NCBI GenBank assembly: GCA_951406725.2
Contig: OX597830.1
Span: forward strand, 10,664,001-10,728,000
DNA from: Octopus vulgaris
Taxonomy: Eukaryota
DNA length: 64,000 nucleotides
Reading direction: 5' to 3'
Shown here: positions 24,991 through 38,689 of the stretch, piece by piece
Layout of the letters: every line of letters starts with the position of its first letter
Position numbering within the stretch: position 1 is the stretch's first letter
The notes under the pieces: generated by a model
What the model saw: the letters and a program-made list of their open reading frames with translations, nothing else
What the model was told of the DNA's origin: nothing
Database searches by the model: none
Translations under genes and position numbers: made by a program

Positions 24991-25252
24991 GGAAAGAGTA
25001 CATGCACATATCTCTGTTTGTTTACATTTGTGTTCTCTAAAATTCTCTGAGCCTCTGTCAGGAAATCATCTGCAGGCTTTGCACCTTCAAAGATGTGCGA
25101 GTTAAAATATCCCTTTTTCGAGAAACAGGTAATGGTTAGCAACGAGAAGATTATCAACTGGTCAGCATCAGTCAGGATAATACAATGCTTTGACAATGTA
25201 TTCATCTAACCCATGCTAGCATGGAAAAAACTGACATGAAAAACAAAAGAAA

Positions 25253-25645
25253 TCTATATATATAAAGCTGAAGTTGTCTGTGTATGGCAGGTTTGGTAGC
25301 CTTCAACTAACACTATCTCCTCCGAGACCTGCAGCACAAGTTGACCAAAATTGAGAGTATGACAGAAGAAGGCTTGCTCTTCCTTTCTGTAGAAGAAAAA
25401 ATTCAAATCGGACCATGTTAAAACCAAAAATTATTTACATCACAAAGGTGCTTTTTTTTTCTATGAAAATCCCGATTTTTTACGATTGTTTTACTGCTGT
25501 GTCGCTATTTTAAGGTGTATTTCAACCAGAAAAATGTTCACTTAATGAGAATGACAGGTTACATAATGCAAAATTTTTACTTTTCAAAATTTCCATTTCT
25601 AAAGGGTCGAAAACAAGCCCGAGCAACGCCGGGCTATACTGCTAG
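25253..25645 (+). mobile_element. Non-autonomous Helitron
   Basis: A|TCTATATATATAAAGCTG start; CCCGAGCAACGCCGGG hairpin (25618-25633), then CTAG|T; second partial copy at 31354-31572. Confidence 0.85.
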
Positions 25646-26124
25646 TGAATCTATAAAAATTACATCTCTATGCATGCAAACATATGCATTTCATGTGTAC
25701 ATCATTTAATGATATACACATGTATGTATATGACATGCATATATAATGCGTATATGCAACAGATGTCTATATATAACATATGTGTGTATAACATATGCAG
25801 CTGCTATTATTATAAGTAGCTGAATAAGCTAGTTGTTCTTTTGATCACGGAATCAGAGAATCTTTTTAACTAAAGATCACAAAAGTAATCTATTCCTGTC
25901 TGACAATAACAGGAACTGATATTAAACCCAGATTAAAAAACTTTAGCTAATGACTTCCTTTGTCTTTTAATGGTGATAGATTTTTATGACATAATATTTA
26001 CAAAATATTTACAAAACAACAAATAAATCCTTGTTTGCATTGTGTTACCATAACAACGAAGGAGATTAACTGCAAAGCTTCACACCTCTCATTCACAATG
26101 TCTTCCGTATGACATACTAATAAA

Positions 26125-26158
<34 letters not shown>

Positions 26159-26189
26159 GTAATAATAATAATAATGATATCATGATAAT

Positions 26190-26967
26190 CCTTTCTCCTA
26201 TAGGCACAAGGCCTGAAATTTTAGGGGAGGAGGATAGTCGATCATATCAACCCTGGTGTGTAACTGGTATTTATTTCATCAACCCCGAAAGACTGAAATG
26301 CAAAGTTTACCTTGGCAGAATTTGAACTCCGAATGTAAGGACAGGTGAAATATGGCTAAGCATTTTGCCCAGAGAGCTAATATAAAAATGATGATAATAA
26401 TAATAATAATAGCAAAAGGGGCTGATCGCTACCTAACTCAGATACCAGGAGACCCCAAAATGACAGAAATTCAAAAGATAGTGCTCATGGGAACTGCTCA
26501 TATCCTACACAAAATACTTTCTATGTAATCTCAAGTTTTAAAACAAACATAATTTTCGTTTTTCTTTTTTTTTTTTAGACAATCACTAGTACAACACTAA
26601 ACACAAAACCAAATATATGGCACACTAGGCATAACACCAACATGAACTTCCAACCTGTTGTCTCTTGAGGTCTCTGGGTGAGACTTGGAGCCAACTTGTA
26701 CAAATATAAAGCAAAAGTCAAACATAGAATAATAATCATAATAATAATAATTTATTTCCTTATTTATAGGCACAGGGCCTGAAATTGGAAGGAGAGAGAT
26801 AGTCGATTACATTGACCCCAGTATGCAACTGGTACTTAATTTATCGACGCCAAAAGGATTGAAGGGCAAAGTCGACCTCAGCGGAGTTTGACCTCAGAAC
26901 GTAACGACAGGCAAGATGCCACTAAGCGTTTCATTCAGTGTGCTAACAATTCTGCCAGCTCACTGCC

Positions 26968-26970
<3 letters not shown>
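26190..26970 (-). mobile_element. Two family A SINEs (26190-26380, 26755-26970) within (TAA)n
   Basis: Reverse-complement cores and heads. Confidence 0.8.
26409..26730 (+). mobile_element. R4/Dong-type non-LTR retrotransposon 3' end within (TAA)n
   Basis: IAKGADRYLTQIPGDPKMTEIQKIVLMGTAHILHKILSM* (stop 26526-26528) matches the Q+.VLLGTA+I+RK C-terminus of R4/Dong; flanked by TAA repeats, the known Dong target. Confidence 0.8.
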
Positions 26971-27002
<32 letters not shown>

Positions 27003-27121
27003 CAATAATAACAACAATAACAATCAATAATAATAACAATAATAATGATAATCAATAATAATAACAATGATAATGATTTCTTTTAGTTTTTTTAACGATT
27101 CTGTCAGCTCACAGCCTTAAA

Positions 27122-27165
<44 letters not shown>

Positions 27166-28554
27166 TGATGACGACAACAACAACAACAACAATAATCATT
27201 AATAATAATGATAATAGTAACAGATCCAGATTTTAGCCCAAGGCCATCGATTTGGGGTTTAGCAGGCTATTCAAATAAATCGATCGCAATACCCAACAGG
27301 TACTTTTCTTAATCAATCACAAAAGAATGAACAACACAGCTGAGTTGGCAAGATTTCTGCCTAAAGAAGGAAACTCTGTTGACCAGTACAGTTCCTCATC
27401 CACATTCCATGGTGATGTAGGATGGAGAGTTTGATAGGATTCAAGAACTGGAGAGGAGAGCAATGCACTCCAAGGTTTTTTCTGACATCTTTTCCATGCT
27501 CTTCCTCGTGCCAGCCATTTTCCGTAGTGTACTGGGTATTATGGTTTTATGGCACCAGCATCAGTGAGGTCACCAGATAACTTACAAGACAAGACCCACC
27601 ACCTCGACTGAGGGAAATTGTAACAGAGAGGGAAGCGTGCTTTATACATGGTGTTGAGAGGCTAAAGTGTGACAGAGGGACAAATATGGGTGTCTTGATA
27701 TAGAGGAAATTCATGGCGACCCTGAATGATATAAAAGTGGATGGTGGAAGCTGGAAAGCAGACAATGATGACAGGATGGAGGGCAACTGTATCATAACTT
27801 TGAAGGTAGCAGCAAAAGGATCACAACTTCCCCCATACTCAGAGGTTACAGTCAAACCATCTTTTGACACAATTCAAAAACCATCTGCTTCAAATATTTG
27901 ACCCCCTGTGCTGTCAAGTCCCTGACTTCTCCCTAGGGGTAATAACCACAAAATTAATCATTGAGGAAGGCAAAACACAAAAACACACATATGCCTATAT
28001 GTACCTCTCACTTTCTCAGTGTGTGTGTGTGTGTATATATATACCTTCACTGATGTGAACTGTACATATATATCTATCTATATCTATATATATGTGTGTG
28101 TGTGTGTATGATCCCGTGCAGAGTTAGTTAATTTGTCTTGTACATAATTGCTAACCCTACGCTGCTGGATAATTAACGGTATGTATCTAATGACACTGAC
28201 TGCACACAAATTAAACGAGAACAGCCAACTGGTTTGAAATTCTGAGACTTGACTTATTAGTCATGTGTGTCTATAATGTTCTCTCTCCAGAGATTTTAAC
28301 TGAACAGTTAGTTCAAAAGTAGACTACGTGTGTGTGCCTGTGTATAGATATATATATATATATATATATATAGAAACACAAATGTATGTATGTATGTATA
28401 CTTGACAAAAGATTTTACTTATATTAGAAATTATTAATTTATATAAAAAAAAGCACTTAAACATATACTTGCAATGGAAGGGTTTTCAGATTTTCTGCGT
28501 TAGTGTATGTATCATATGTATGTGTGTGTGTGCATATATAGATAGACAGATACT

Positions 28555-28590
<36 letters not shown>

Positions 28591-28633
28591 AAGATATGCA
28601 CATATATACATACGTATATATGTATATATATGT

Positions 28634-29055
28634 AAAGCACCATCCGTTCGCGTCCGTTGCCAGCCTCGGCTGGCCCCCGTGCCAGTGACACGTAAAAGCA
28701 CCGTCCGTTCGTGGCCGTTTGCCAGCTCTGTCTGGCCCCGTGTCGGTGGCACGTAAAAGCACCATCCGTTCATGTCCGTTGCCAGCATCGCCTGGCCCCG
28801 TGCCGGTGACACGTGAAAGCACCATCCGTTCGTGGCCGTTCGCCAGCTCTGTCTGGCACCAGTGCAGGTGGCACGTAAAAAGCACCCACTACACTCGCGG
28901 AGTGGTTGGCGTTAGGAAGGGCATCCAGCCGTAGAAACACTGCCAGATCTGACTGGGCCTGACGAAGCCTTCCAGCTTCACAGACCCCAGTTGACCCGTC
29001 CAACCCATGCTAGCATGGAAAGCGGATGCTAAATGATGATGATGATGATGATGAT
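28634..29055 (+). mobile_element. Family C repeat with internal tandem array of ~61-bp units (4-5 copies)
   Basis: aaagcacc(a/g)tccgttc at ~28634, 28695, 28756 and 28816; ends ggttggcgttaggaagggcatccagccgtagaaac..(GAT)n. Confidence 0.85.
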
Positions 29056-29250
29056 ATGCTCTCTCAATATATATATATTCATGTGTATATATTATATATA
29101 TGTGTGTGTGTGTGTATTATATATATATGTACATATGCATATATATTATATATATATACACATACACACAGATATATATATACATATGTATGTGTGTGTG
29201 TATGTGTATATGTATAGAATCTGTGTGTGTATTTGATGTCTTTTTCTTTC

Positions 29251-29292
<42 letters not shown>

Positions 29293-30014
29293 TATATATA
29301 CATACATACATACACACACACATATACAGACACACACACACATATACATAAACATTCTCATTATTCTTCTTCCAAATTAATTAACATCTACATTACACAG
29401 TACCACCACAACACACAGAACTTATAGACTCCGCATCATTTTCTTCCCCAACACCATCACAAAAACAAAATCAATACACATATCTAAAAATAAAACAAAA
29501 TACACACATCTTAAACTACTGAACTTCAAATATCTGGATCTGGTTTCTAATCACACCAGCAGGTCATTGAAAACTTTAAATGTTGTGTAAAATTAATACG
29601 AAAATCATCACTTGGTATAAATATCAACTTCTTCAGTATTTCGGGAGCAATAAGTCCAAAGCTTGCTCAAGTTTGGTTTAATTAAAACCACTTGATGTAT
29701 CACAAGTAGGAGAGAAAATTAAACAGTCAGTTGGGATTATATTTTGATATCTCTTGTGAATTTTTAAACATGATTTAAATAACGAAAATATTTATTTATT
29801 TTTTTATATTTTTTTTTTTTATATAATTTTAGAGTGAAATGAAACGAAAAGAGTTTGTGACAACTTATAGCTTTAATCCCCCCCTTCTCTCTCTTTCTCT
29901 CTCCCCTTTTCTCATGGCTTCTGACTTACTCAGTCTCCTTCCTTCGTTCTCATATATCTCATATGTATATATTTATATAATATATATAAATATGTAATAT
30001 ATATATATAGTAGT

Positions 30015-30333
30015 GAGGACGCGTGGCTTAGTGGTTAGGGCATTCGGCTCATGATCGTAAGGTTGTGAGTTCGATTCCCGGCGACGCGTTGTGTCCTTGA
30101 GCAAGACACTTTATTTCACGTTGCTCCAGTCCACTCAGCTGGCAAAAATGAGTTGTACTTGTATTTCAAAGGGTCAGCCTTGTCACTCTCTGTGTCACGC
30201 TGATTATCCCCGAGAACTACGTTAAGGGTACACGTGTCTGTGGAATGCTCAGCCATTTGCACGTTAATTTCATGAGCAAGCTGTTCCGTTGATCGTATCA
30301 GCTGGGACCCTCGTCGTCGTAACCGGCGGAGTC

Positions 30334-30337
<4 letters not shown>
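30015..30337 (+). mobile_element. tRNA-derived SINE family D (head H1 + tail T1), young-looking
   Basis: A box TGGCTTAGTGG, B box GAGTTCGATTC, CCTTGAGCAAGACACTT; CpGs retained; sits in (TA)n. Confidence 0.85.
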
Positions 30338-30382
<45 letters not shown>

Positions 30383-31197
30383 TTGGGGGGGGGGGGTGGC
30401 AATGTAGATATGTTTATATGTGGATATATAACATAAATGCATATATATATATATATGTATAGATTATAAATATACATAGTATATATGTGTGTGTATTAGT
30501 GTGTATATATGTTTGTGTATCTGTTTGCATATATATGTGTGTCTGTGCATATGTGTGCTTATATATGTGTGTGTGTGTGTGTGTGTATGCATGTATGCAA
30601 ATATATACATATATACATATTAGTATATATGGGTGTATTTATGTGTGCGTATATACATATACACCACATATATATATATGTGTGTGTGTGTTATATTTGG
30701 ACTGCATTCTTCCCGTTTATATAAATTGCATGGACATAAAGTTACAACGAGTTGTCTCTTCATTATGTACTCTCATTAATTAAATATCTCACTTAGAAGA
30801 ACACAGATTTTATCGCCTCACTCAATAAATTTACATATGTATTTAGAAATGCACATTATGAAGTTATTACCCAAATGATTTAAGGATTCACCACCACAAC
30901 CTTGTTTAGGCTTAGCAGCCCTTTCTGTTTGCGTCACCAATTTTGTCCCTCCACAAAATCCCAAATTTTATTTAATTTGCTTTGCAGGAGCAACTGTTTT
31001 ATCGAAAGCGTATTTTGTTGTTAAATGCTCGAAATACGAAAGTAGAGAAGCAGCCAACAACTGATGAAGGGTCGTTTTTTTGTGTTATTTGTCTTGTTTT
31101 CCATTTGTGTTTTTCGTCGTTCAAAAACATAGTTCATGTTCCATGTACTCATACTTCATATTTTTGTTGTACATGTTTCATGATGTGCCCACATATG

Positions 31198-31246
<49 letters not shown>

Positions 31247-31353
31247 ACACACACATATATACATATGTATATATTCATATATAAATATTATTTATACTAT
31301 TATATGATTGAATGCCACGCATCCTCTTCCAAGTAAGTTTTATCTCTCTCTCT

Positions 31354-31572
31354 CCAAAAATTATTTACATCGAAAAGGTGCTTTTTTTCTATTAAAATCC
31401 CTATATTTTACGATTTTTTGACTGCTGTGTTGCCCTTTTTCGGTGTATTTCAACCAGAAAAATGTTCACTTAAAGAGAATAACAAGCTACATAATGCAAA
31501 ATTTTTACTTTTCAAAAATTCCAACTCTAAATGATCGAAACAAACCCAAGCAACGCTGGGTGATACTGCTAG
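31354..31572 (+). mobile_element. Helitron 3' fragment
   Basis: Homologous to 25424-25645; ends CCCAAGCAACGCTGGG..CTAG|T. Confidence 0.8.
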
Positions 31573-32455
31573 TTGAAAATACAATTGAAGGGGGAAATGA
31601 TGATTATCCAAGTGTTTTGTACCATTCTACATTGTACCAGCACCAGGTATCCAACTGACTGTTACCATTCCAGGGAGTAACAGTATAAAGTTAATACAAT
31701 CCAAATAATCACTTAATCATACTGTTATTTTGGGCATAATGATCTCTATCAACTTTCAAACAAGTGTTTACTTGAATTTCTCCATACTCACCAAATAATA
31801 CCATGAAACAACGATATATGAATAAATATATAAAGAAATATATTTTTAGTTGATTAACAGAAAAAAAAATTAAAAATAGAAATAGGAGAAAACAAAACAG
31901 AAAATTCAATTTTGAAGGTAAAAATAGCTAAAAAAAAAATTAAGAAATAATATTATAATAAGACACCTGGAGTTTGTTTCCTTCAATTTAAAGTTGATTA
32001 GAAAAATAAAAAAATAGTGAAAATGATATGTAAAGGTAAAATAAACAAATATTGTAATAAATATTGTATTGAATTTTGTTGTAGCCTGAAGCAAAATGTA
32101 TTTAGATATATGTGTATTGATGTTTGTGTATATATATATATATATATAATAATGCATATATGCATCTGTGTATGTATGTGTGTGTGTGTCTTTCTGTTTG
32201 ATATTCATATATATCTAGGTATATTAATATCGATGTATTGACAGATATAATATAACATATATATATGTGTGTATGTGTGTGTGTATGTATATACATATGT
32301 ATGCATATATATATATATACATATATACATAAATATACATATATATATACACACACACATATACATATATGTACATACATACCTATATTATTTATATATA
32401 TACACACATATATATATGTGTGTATATATATATATATATAGACATATATATTTAT

Positions 32456-32493
<38 letters not shown>

Positions 32494-32527
32494 TACATAT
32501 ATACCTACATATGTGTGTATATATATA

Positions 32528-32606
32528 CAGTAGTACCTTGGTTTTCAAACAACTCTGATCACGAATAAATCGTGCTTCATATATATATATATATATATAT
32601 ATGTAG

Positions 32607-32665
<59 letters not shown>

Positions 32666-32747
32666 CAGAGAGACAGATAGATAGATAAGTAGATATAAAG
32701 CACGATTTATTCGCGATCAGAGTTGTTTAAAAACCGAGGTTCTACTG
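32528..32747. mobile_element. pogo/Tigger-like MITE
   Basis: 50-bp TIRs CAGTAGTACCTTGGTTTTC.. (32528-32577 and 32698-32747); TA on both sides; interior is only (TA)n/(AGAT)n. Confidence 0.85.
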
Positions 32748-32873
32748 TATATCCTACTTACACAAACACATACCTGCATATGAGAGTGTCAACACATACA
32801 TTTATACAATCACATACGTATGTATGTTTTGCATATTTGTATACATATATGCATATGCATGCATGTACACACA

Positions 32874-32905
<32 letters not shown>

Positions 32906-32917
32906 AACATTTATATA

Positions 32918-32966
<49 letters not shown>

Positions 32967-33808
32967 TTCAATACATTCAGTATCTATATACATTCATATA
33001 TGTACACATAATTATGTGTATGTGAATACATATATATGTGTGTGTGAACACACATACATATGTATGTGTGTCATAAACAACATCATCATTGCTGTCATCA
33101 CGTTTTACTGTTCACATTTCTATGTTGGTGTGGGTCAGACAAAATTTGTTCAATCAGATTTTCAAAGGCCACATGCCCTTCCTGTCTAGACCAACCCTCA
33201 GTTGTTTCCAAGTGAGGTCCTACTTCTACATGGCTGCACATTTTCACAGAAGACTGAAAATGTGGACCATTGCTTGTATGGTGATGAAACTCATTTATAA
33301 CCATTGTGTGATGTCAAGACAAGAACACACAAACACACACATTAATATTCATATATGCATAGATATACATAAATACATAAACATATACATATATATATAT
33401 CATTATCTTCATCACCATTTTCCATGCTGGCATGGGTTGTATGGTTTGATGGTTTGACAGGAGCCTGCAAGCCAGGGAGCAGCACCAGGCTCCAGTTATC
33501 AAGTTTGGCAAAGTTTCTACAGCTGGATGCCCTTCCTAACGCCAACCACTTCACGGAGAATATAGTGTGCTTTTTATGTGACACCAGTATAGGTACTCTT
33601 CATGTGGCACCAGTACAGGTGCTTCTTCTTGGCACCAACACCAGTGGGGTCACCAAATGGCTTTCAAGCCAAATATTTTTCAGCTGAGAAAGTAAGTAAA
33701 ACCAATAGAAGTGACTGTGTACCAGGTGAGAGGTTAGAGTACGATGGAGGAACCAGAGATAGCTGTCTCACTATAAAGGGGATACTTGGCTCCCTTTTCT
33801 CTCTCTCT

Positions 33809-33867
<59 letters not shown>

Positions 33868-33963
33868 GTTAATCCAAACATGAACAAAGAGAAAACACAA
33901 CAACGTGAGGACGTGGAACAAGTACAGTGTTATTGGACACTCAGGAAAGGAAAGAAAGGAGGA

Positions 33964-33998
33964 TTTAATGTTTCAAGCAGAGCTCTTCGTCAGAAGCA
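33964..33998 (-). ncRNA. Decayed minimal hammerhead motif within a Penelope-like fragment (33865-34075)
   Basis: Minus strand CTGACGA-a-GAGCtctGCTT-GAAA-CATTA (probably GAAACGTTA originally); stem I weak. Confidence 0.45.
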
Positions 33999-34078
33999 TA
34001 GAAAAAGGAAAAGTCCAAGGAAGGGGAAAGGGAGAGAGAAAATCGCCAATGATACACACGGAGTCATATATTGAAAAA

Positions 34079-34123
<45 letters not shown>

Positions 34124-36623
34124 CGCGGGAGTAGCTGTGTGGTAAGTAGATTGCTTACCAATCACAACATTGTTCCAGGTTCAGTCCCACTGCATGGTAA
34201 CTTGGGCAAGTGCCTCAGACCAACCAAAGCCTTATGAGTGGATCTGGTAGACAGAAACTGAAAGAAACTCATCATATATATATATATATATCATATTTCC
34301 TACTATTAATAATATAGATACATATAAATATACATACATACATACATAATAGATACATACACACACACACATCATCATCATCATTTAACGTCCGTTTTCC
34401 ATGTTGGGCGGTTTGACTGGGAACTGGCAAACCAGGAGGCGGCACCCTCCAATCTGATCTGGCTATGTTTCTACAGCTGGATGCCATTCCTAACGCCAAC
34501 CTCTCCGAGAGTGTAATGTGTACTTTATATGTGCCACCGGCACGGAAGCCAGTCAGGCGAAACTGGCATCATCTACATTCATACATTATATATATATAAT
34601 TAGATACATCATATACATAGATACATAATATACATATTGTATATATATACACACACAATGGGTTTCTATTAGGTTCTATCTACCAAATTCATTCCGTAGA
34701 TTCTAGGGCTTTGGTCAACCCTTAACTATAAGGGAAGGCACCTGCATTATGCTCCAAAATGGGACTGTACCTAAGACCATATGATTTAAATACAAGCTCC
34801 TAAACCACACAGCCATGCCACAGAGCTTTATGGCCTTTTGGATTGGTTATTGGTCTCACAAGTGCCATGTGGTTTTGAATTCTCCGATCAGCAGTGCATT
34901 GTGCTCTCAAGTGAAACATCTCATTTCACACTGCTTCAGCCAACTCAGCTAAAAGAAATGAGTACCAGGAATAACCGAGGGTCAACCCTGTGATCAACTG
35001 ACTCTTGCTCGGCAGTGACAAGTTGACTCTTGATCAATTAAATGCCATAGAAATTGGGAAGAAATTCTGGTTTAACGAGTCTGTAGACTCATAACGGATG
35101 CAAGAGAAAGAGAATGAATGAATGGAGGGATGGATGGATGGAAGAGTTGATGGATAGGAATTAAAACGGCATCAAAGATTACAGAAACAATTAAGGAAAA
35201 CGAAGAAATAACAATCAAATATATATATAAAAAAATGGTAAATAAAAGAAATAAAACAATAATAAATTGTGAATGAAATGAAAGAGATGTGAGATACAAT
35301 TGATTGTTTCATGTAAAATTCTCACACAATTGTGTGTGTGTGTGTGTGTGTGTAAAATGTTATGTGTGTGTGTGTGTGTGCATATGTAAAATTTTATGTA
35401 TGTGTGAGTATGTAAAATTTTATGCGTGTGTGTGTATGTAAAATTTTATGTGCGTGTGTGTGTGTATAATTTTATGAATGAACATATGGATGTTTGTGTG
35501 CTTGTATATGAACATGTAGGCATGTATATATGAATACATGCATGTATGTATGTGTATGTAAGTATGCATGTATGTATGTGTATGCATGCATAATTTTATG
35601 TATGGATGTATGCATGTCTGTGCATTTGCATGTAAATATGCATGCATGTATGTATGTGTGTGTGAGTGTATGTGTGTAAGAATGCATGTATGTATATGTG
35701 TGTATGTATAGTTTTACGTATGGATGTGTATATGTTCATGTGTTAGCATGTATGCATGTATATACAAATGTATGTATGTCTGTACATATGTATGTATATA
35801 TGCATGTATGTAAGTACCTATGTATGCATGTATGTATGCATGTATGCATGTATGTATGTGTGTGTGTATACATGGATGTATGTATGCTTGCATTTATATT
35901 TGTGTGTGTGTGTACTCGTAGAGATAAAGTAAGGAAAATTTGATCAGATTGTTCCAACTTCAAAGCTTCTCAGCCTTACAGAAACACAGATAATACATCT
36001 GTTTTTAATTATTGTTTCTTTTAATTGGATGCATTACCACATGTTGGCTCCAAGAGGAAGGAAAAGAAGGAGAAGAAGGAGCTGTAGTTTCCACGAAAAA
36101 GCCACTGGTTATACAACAGGCACTATGATATCTTAGGTGATGGACTATAAGTAGGTAGGGCAGAGGGCTGAGCGGGTTTGCGAGAGACACTAAATGCTGT
36201 CTGTTTGGTAGTAATTAGGAACACAATCTTTGGTTTGCAGAGTATGTCTTGGAAGAGATGGAATTGGTTAAGTACAAGCAAATGTTGTTAATGAAAAATT
36301 TGGTTTCACCCGAGGCTCTGCGGTGCTGAAGAAAATGGCTCACGTGCAGCAGAAGGAGATGGAAATTGGTTAAAGAGACGGTTATGTTTTATCTGTTAGC
36401 TTTAACCCGTTTCAGTCATTTGACTGCAGCCATGCTGGGGCACCACCTTGAAGAATTTTAAGTCAAACGAATCAACTGCAATATTTTGTTTTTTGTTTTT
36501 GGTTTTTGGTACTTTATCGATTTCTTTTGTTGAACCTCAAAGTTATGGGGAGGTAAGTACATCAACACCAGTTGTCAAATGGTGGTGGGGACAAATACAC
36601 ATAGATATATATATTTATGTGTA

Positions 36624-36660
<37 letters not shown>

Positions 36661-36662
<2 letters not shown>

Positions 36663-37010
36663 AAGCACTCCGTCGGTTACGACGACGAGGGTTCCGGTTG
36701 ATCCGAATCAACGGAACAGCCTGCTCGTAAAATTAACGTGTATGTGGCTGAGCACTCCACAGACACGTGCACCCTTAACGTAGTTCTCGGGGATATTCAG
36801 CGTGACACAGAGAGTGACAAGGCCGGCCCCTTGAAATACAGGTACAACAGAAACAGGAAGACTGAGTGAGAGAACGTTGTGGTGCCGGAGCCTCGTGGAG
36901 CTTTTAGGTGTTTTCGCTCAATAAACACTCACAATGCCCAGTCTGGGAATCGAAACCGCGATCCTATGACTGCAAGTCTGCTGCCCTAACCACTGGGCCA
37001 TTGCGCCTCC
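36661..37010 (-). mobile_element. tRNA-derived SINE (head H2 + tail T1)
   Basis: Minus strand GGAGGCGCAATGGCCCAGTGGTTAGGGCAGC..GGTTTCGATTCCC; 3' part is homologous to 30160-30335. Confidence 0.85.
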
Positions 37011-37139
37011 ATATATATATATATATATATATATACATGACGGGCTTCTTCCAGTTTCTGTCTACCAGGTCCATCCACTTCAGTCGTATCATCAATTAAA
37101 TTAAGAAACAGAATATCGCAATTCCTTCCTCCTCACCAT

Positions 37140-37702
37140 TCTCTCTCTCTCTCTCTCTCTCACTTTCTGTCCCAGAGAGAGACAGACAGACAGAGTGAGA
37201 CAAAGAGACACACAAACAGAGAGAGATATATACATATATACACGCACATAAAGAAACAGGCAAAAAGAGACAGATGGACACATAGAGAGACAGGCAGACA
37301 GAGAAGGGACACATAGAGAGAGACAAAGACAGAAAGAGAGAGATAGAAAGAGAGAAAAAGAGACAGAGATAGAGAGAGAGAGAGAGTGAGAGAGAGAGAG
37401 GGAGAGAGAGAGAGAGAGAGAAGGACAGAGAAAAAGAAGCAGAGAAATAAAGAGAAATACAAATATGGAGAGGAAGAGACACATATGCAGAAACAAGCAG
37501 AGACAGACAGACAGACAAATAAAGGGGCAGAGAGAGAGAGAGAGACACACACACACACACAGACGGAAAAAAAGAAAACAGAAAAAGAGAGACAGAGATA
37601 GACAGACGGACAGACAGATTGAGACATAGATAGAGCCAGACAAAGAGAGAAAGACACAAAGAGGGAGAGAGAGAGAGAGAGAGAGCAAAAGCGAGAGAGA
37701 GA
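37140..37702. repeat. Polypurine (AG/AGAC)-rich low-complexity tract
   Basis: Seen directly. Confidence 0.9.
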
Positions 37703-38204
37703 TTTCCATTAAACTAAATTTAGTTTCAACTTAACATGCTGACCTGTGTAATCTTTACATTTCAGTAGAGTCTCTTATAAAATTAGTATCATCTCAGAGA
37801 AATATAAGGTGGAATCGATAGAGCTGAAGACAGGTGGTCAAGAGGTCAATGATGTATGTCCTGTCAGTGTTTGGTGTTGTCAGTGGTGTACGTGATGTCA
37901 GGGGTCAGCGATGGAAACCGTGATAAACACAAGTAGCTTCCAACTGTCAAGAAATTTTAAATAAACAGATGACCCACTGTGACAGCAGTTTCGCACGTGC
38001 GCACAGATGTGTGAGTGTGTGTGTGATCATTATCATCCTCCTCATCATCATTATTGTTTAATGTCCACCTTCTATGCTGGCATGGGTTGGACAGGAGCTA
38101 AACAGGAGCTGGCCAGGCAGAAAAGCACACCAGATATCTGTGTCTGTTTTGGCATGGTTTTTACAACTGGGTGCCCTTTCTAACATCAACCACAACGCAG
38201 TATA

Positions 38205-38432
38205 TATTTCTTTACTACCCACAAGGGGCTAAACACAGAGGGGACAAACAAGGACAGACAAACGGATTAAATCGATTATATTGACCCCAGTGCGTAACTG
38301 GTACTTAATTTATCGATCCCGAAAGGATGAAAGGCAAAGTCGACCCCGGCGGAGTTTGAACTCAGAACGTAACGGCAGGCGAAATACGGCTACGCATTTC
38401 GCCCGGTGTGCTAACATTTCTACCAGCTCACC
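38205..38432 (-). mobile_element. SINE family A, long-tail variant, inserted in a family C repeat
   Basis: Reverse complement of the 981-1210 type; AGTATA on both flanks. Confidence 0.85.
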
Positions 38433-38689
38433 TAGTATAGGCTCACTGCTTTTTTATGTGGCACCAACACAAGCAAAGTCAGTTTTGACATGGTTTTTAC
38501 AGCTGGATGCCCTTCCAAATGCCAACCACTGTACAGTGTGGATGTGATGCTTTTTCTACATGGCACCAGAAATGGCAGGGTCACCAACTAAGTTGCAAGA
38601 CAAAGATCCTTTCAGAGAGGAGATGGAATTGGAGGAGAGACAGAAACATGTGTCATGCTGTAGAAGAGGTACATGGTATGTGCTCCTGC

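Noticed and set aside
30015-30085. tRNA gene (also 36940-37010, 45146 and 58533)
   Set aside because: A and B boxes are present, but there is no convincing acceptor stem and each continues into a SINE body.
30975-31075. Hammerhead-like pieces (GAGCA/TGCTC-GAAA; CTGATGA at ~31061)
   Set aside because: The halves do not assemble: no CUGAnGA before the stem, no UH after stem III, and no GAAA after the CTGATGA.
36310-36330. RE1/NRSE-like TTCAGCACC on the minus strand
   Set aside because: Only the left half-site matches.
37766-37853. Possible + exon RVSYKISIISEKYKVESIELKTGGQEVND with HECT-like ELK.GG
   Set aside because: Weak donor, very short similarity, and no other HECT exons found.
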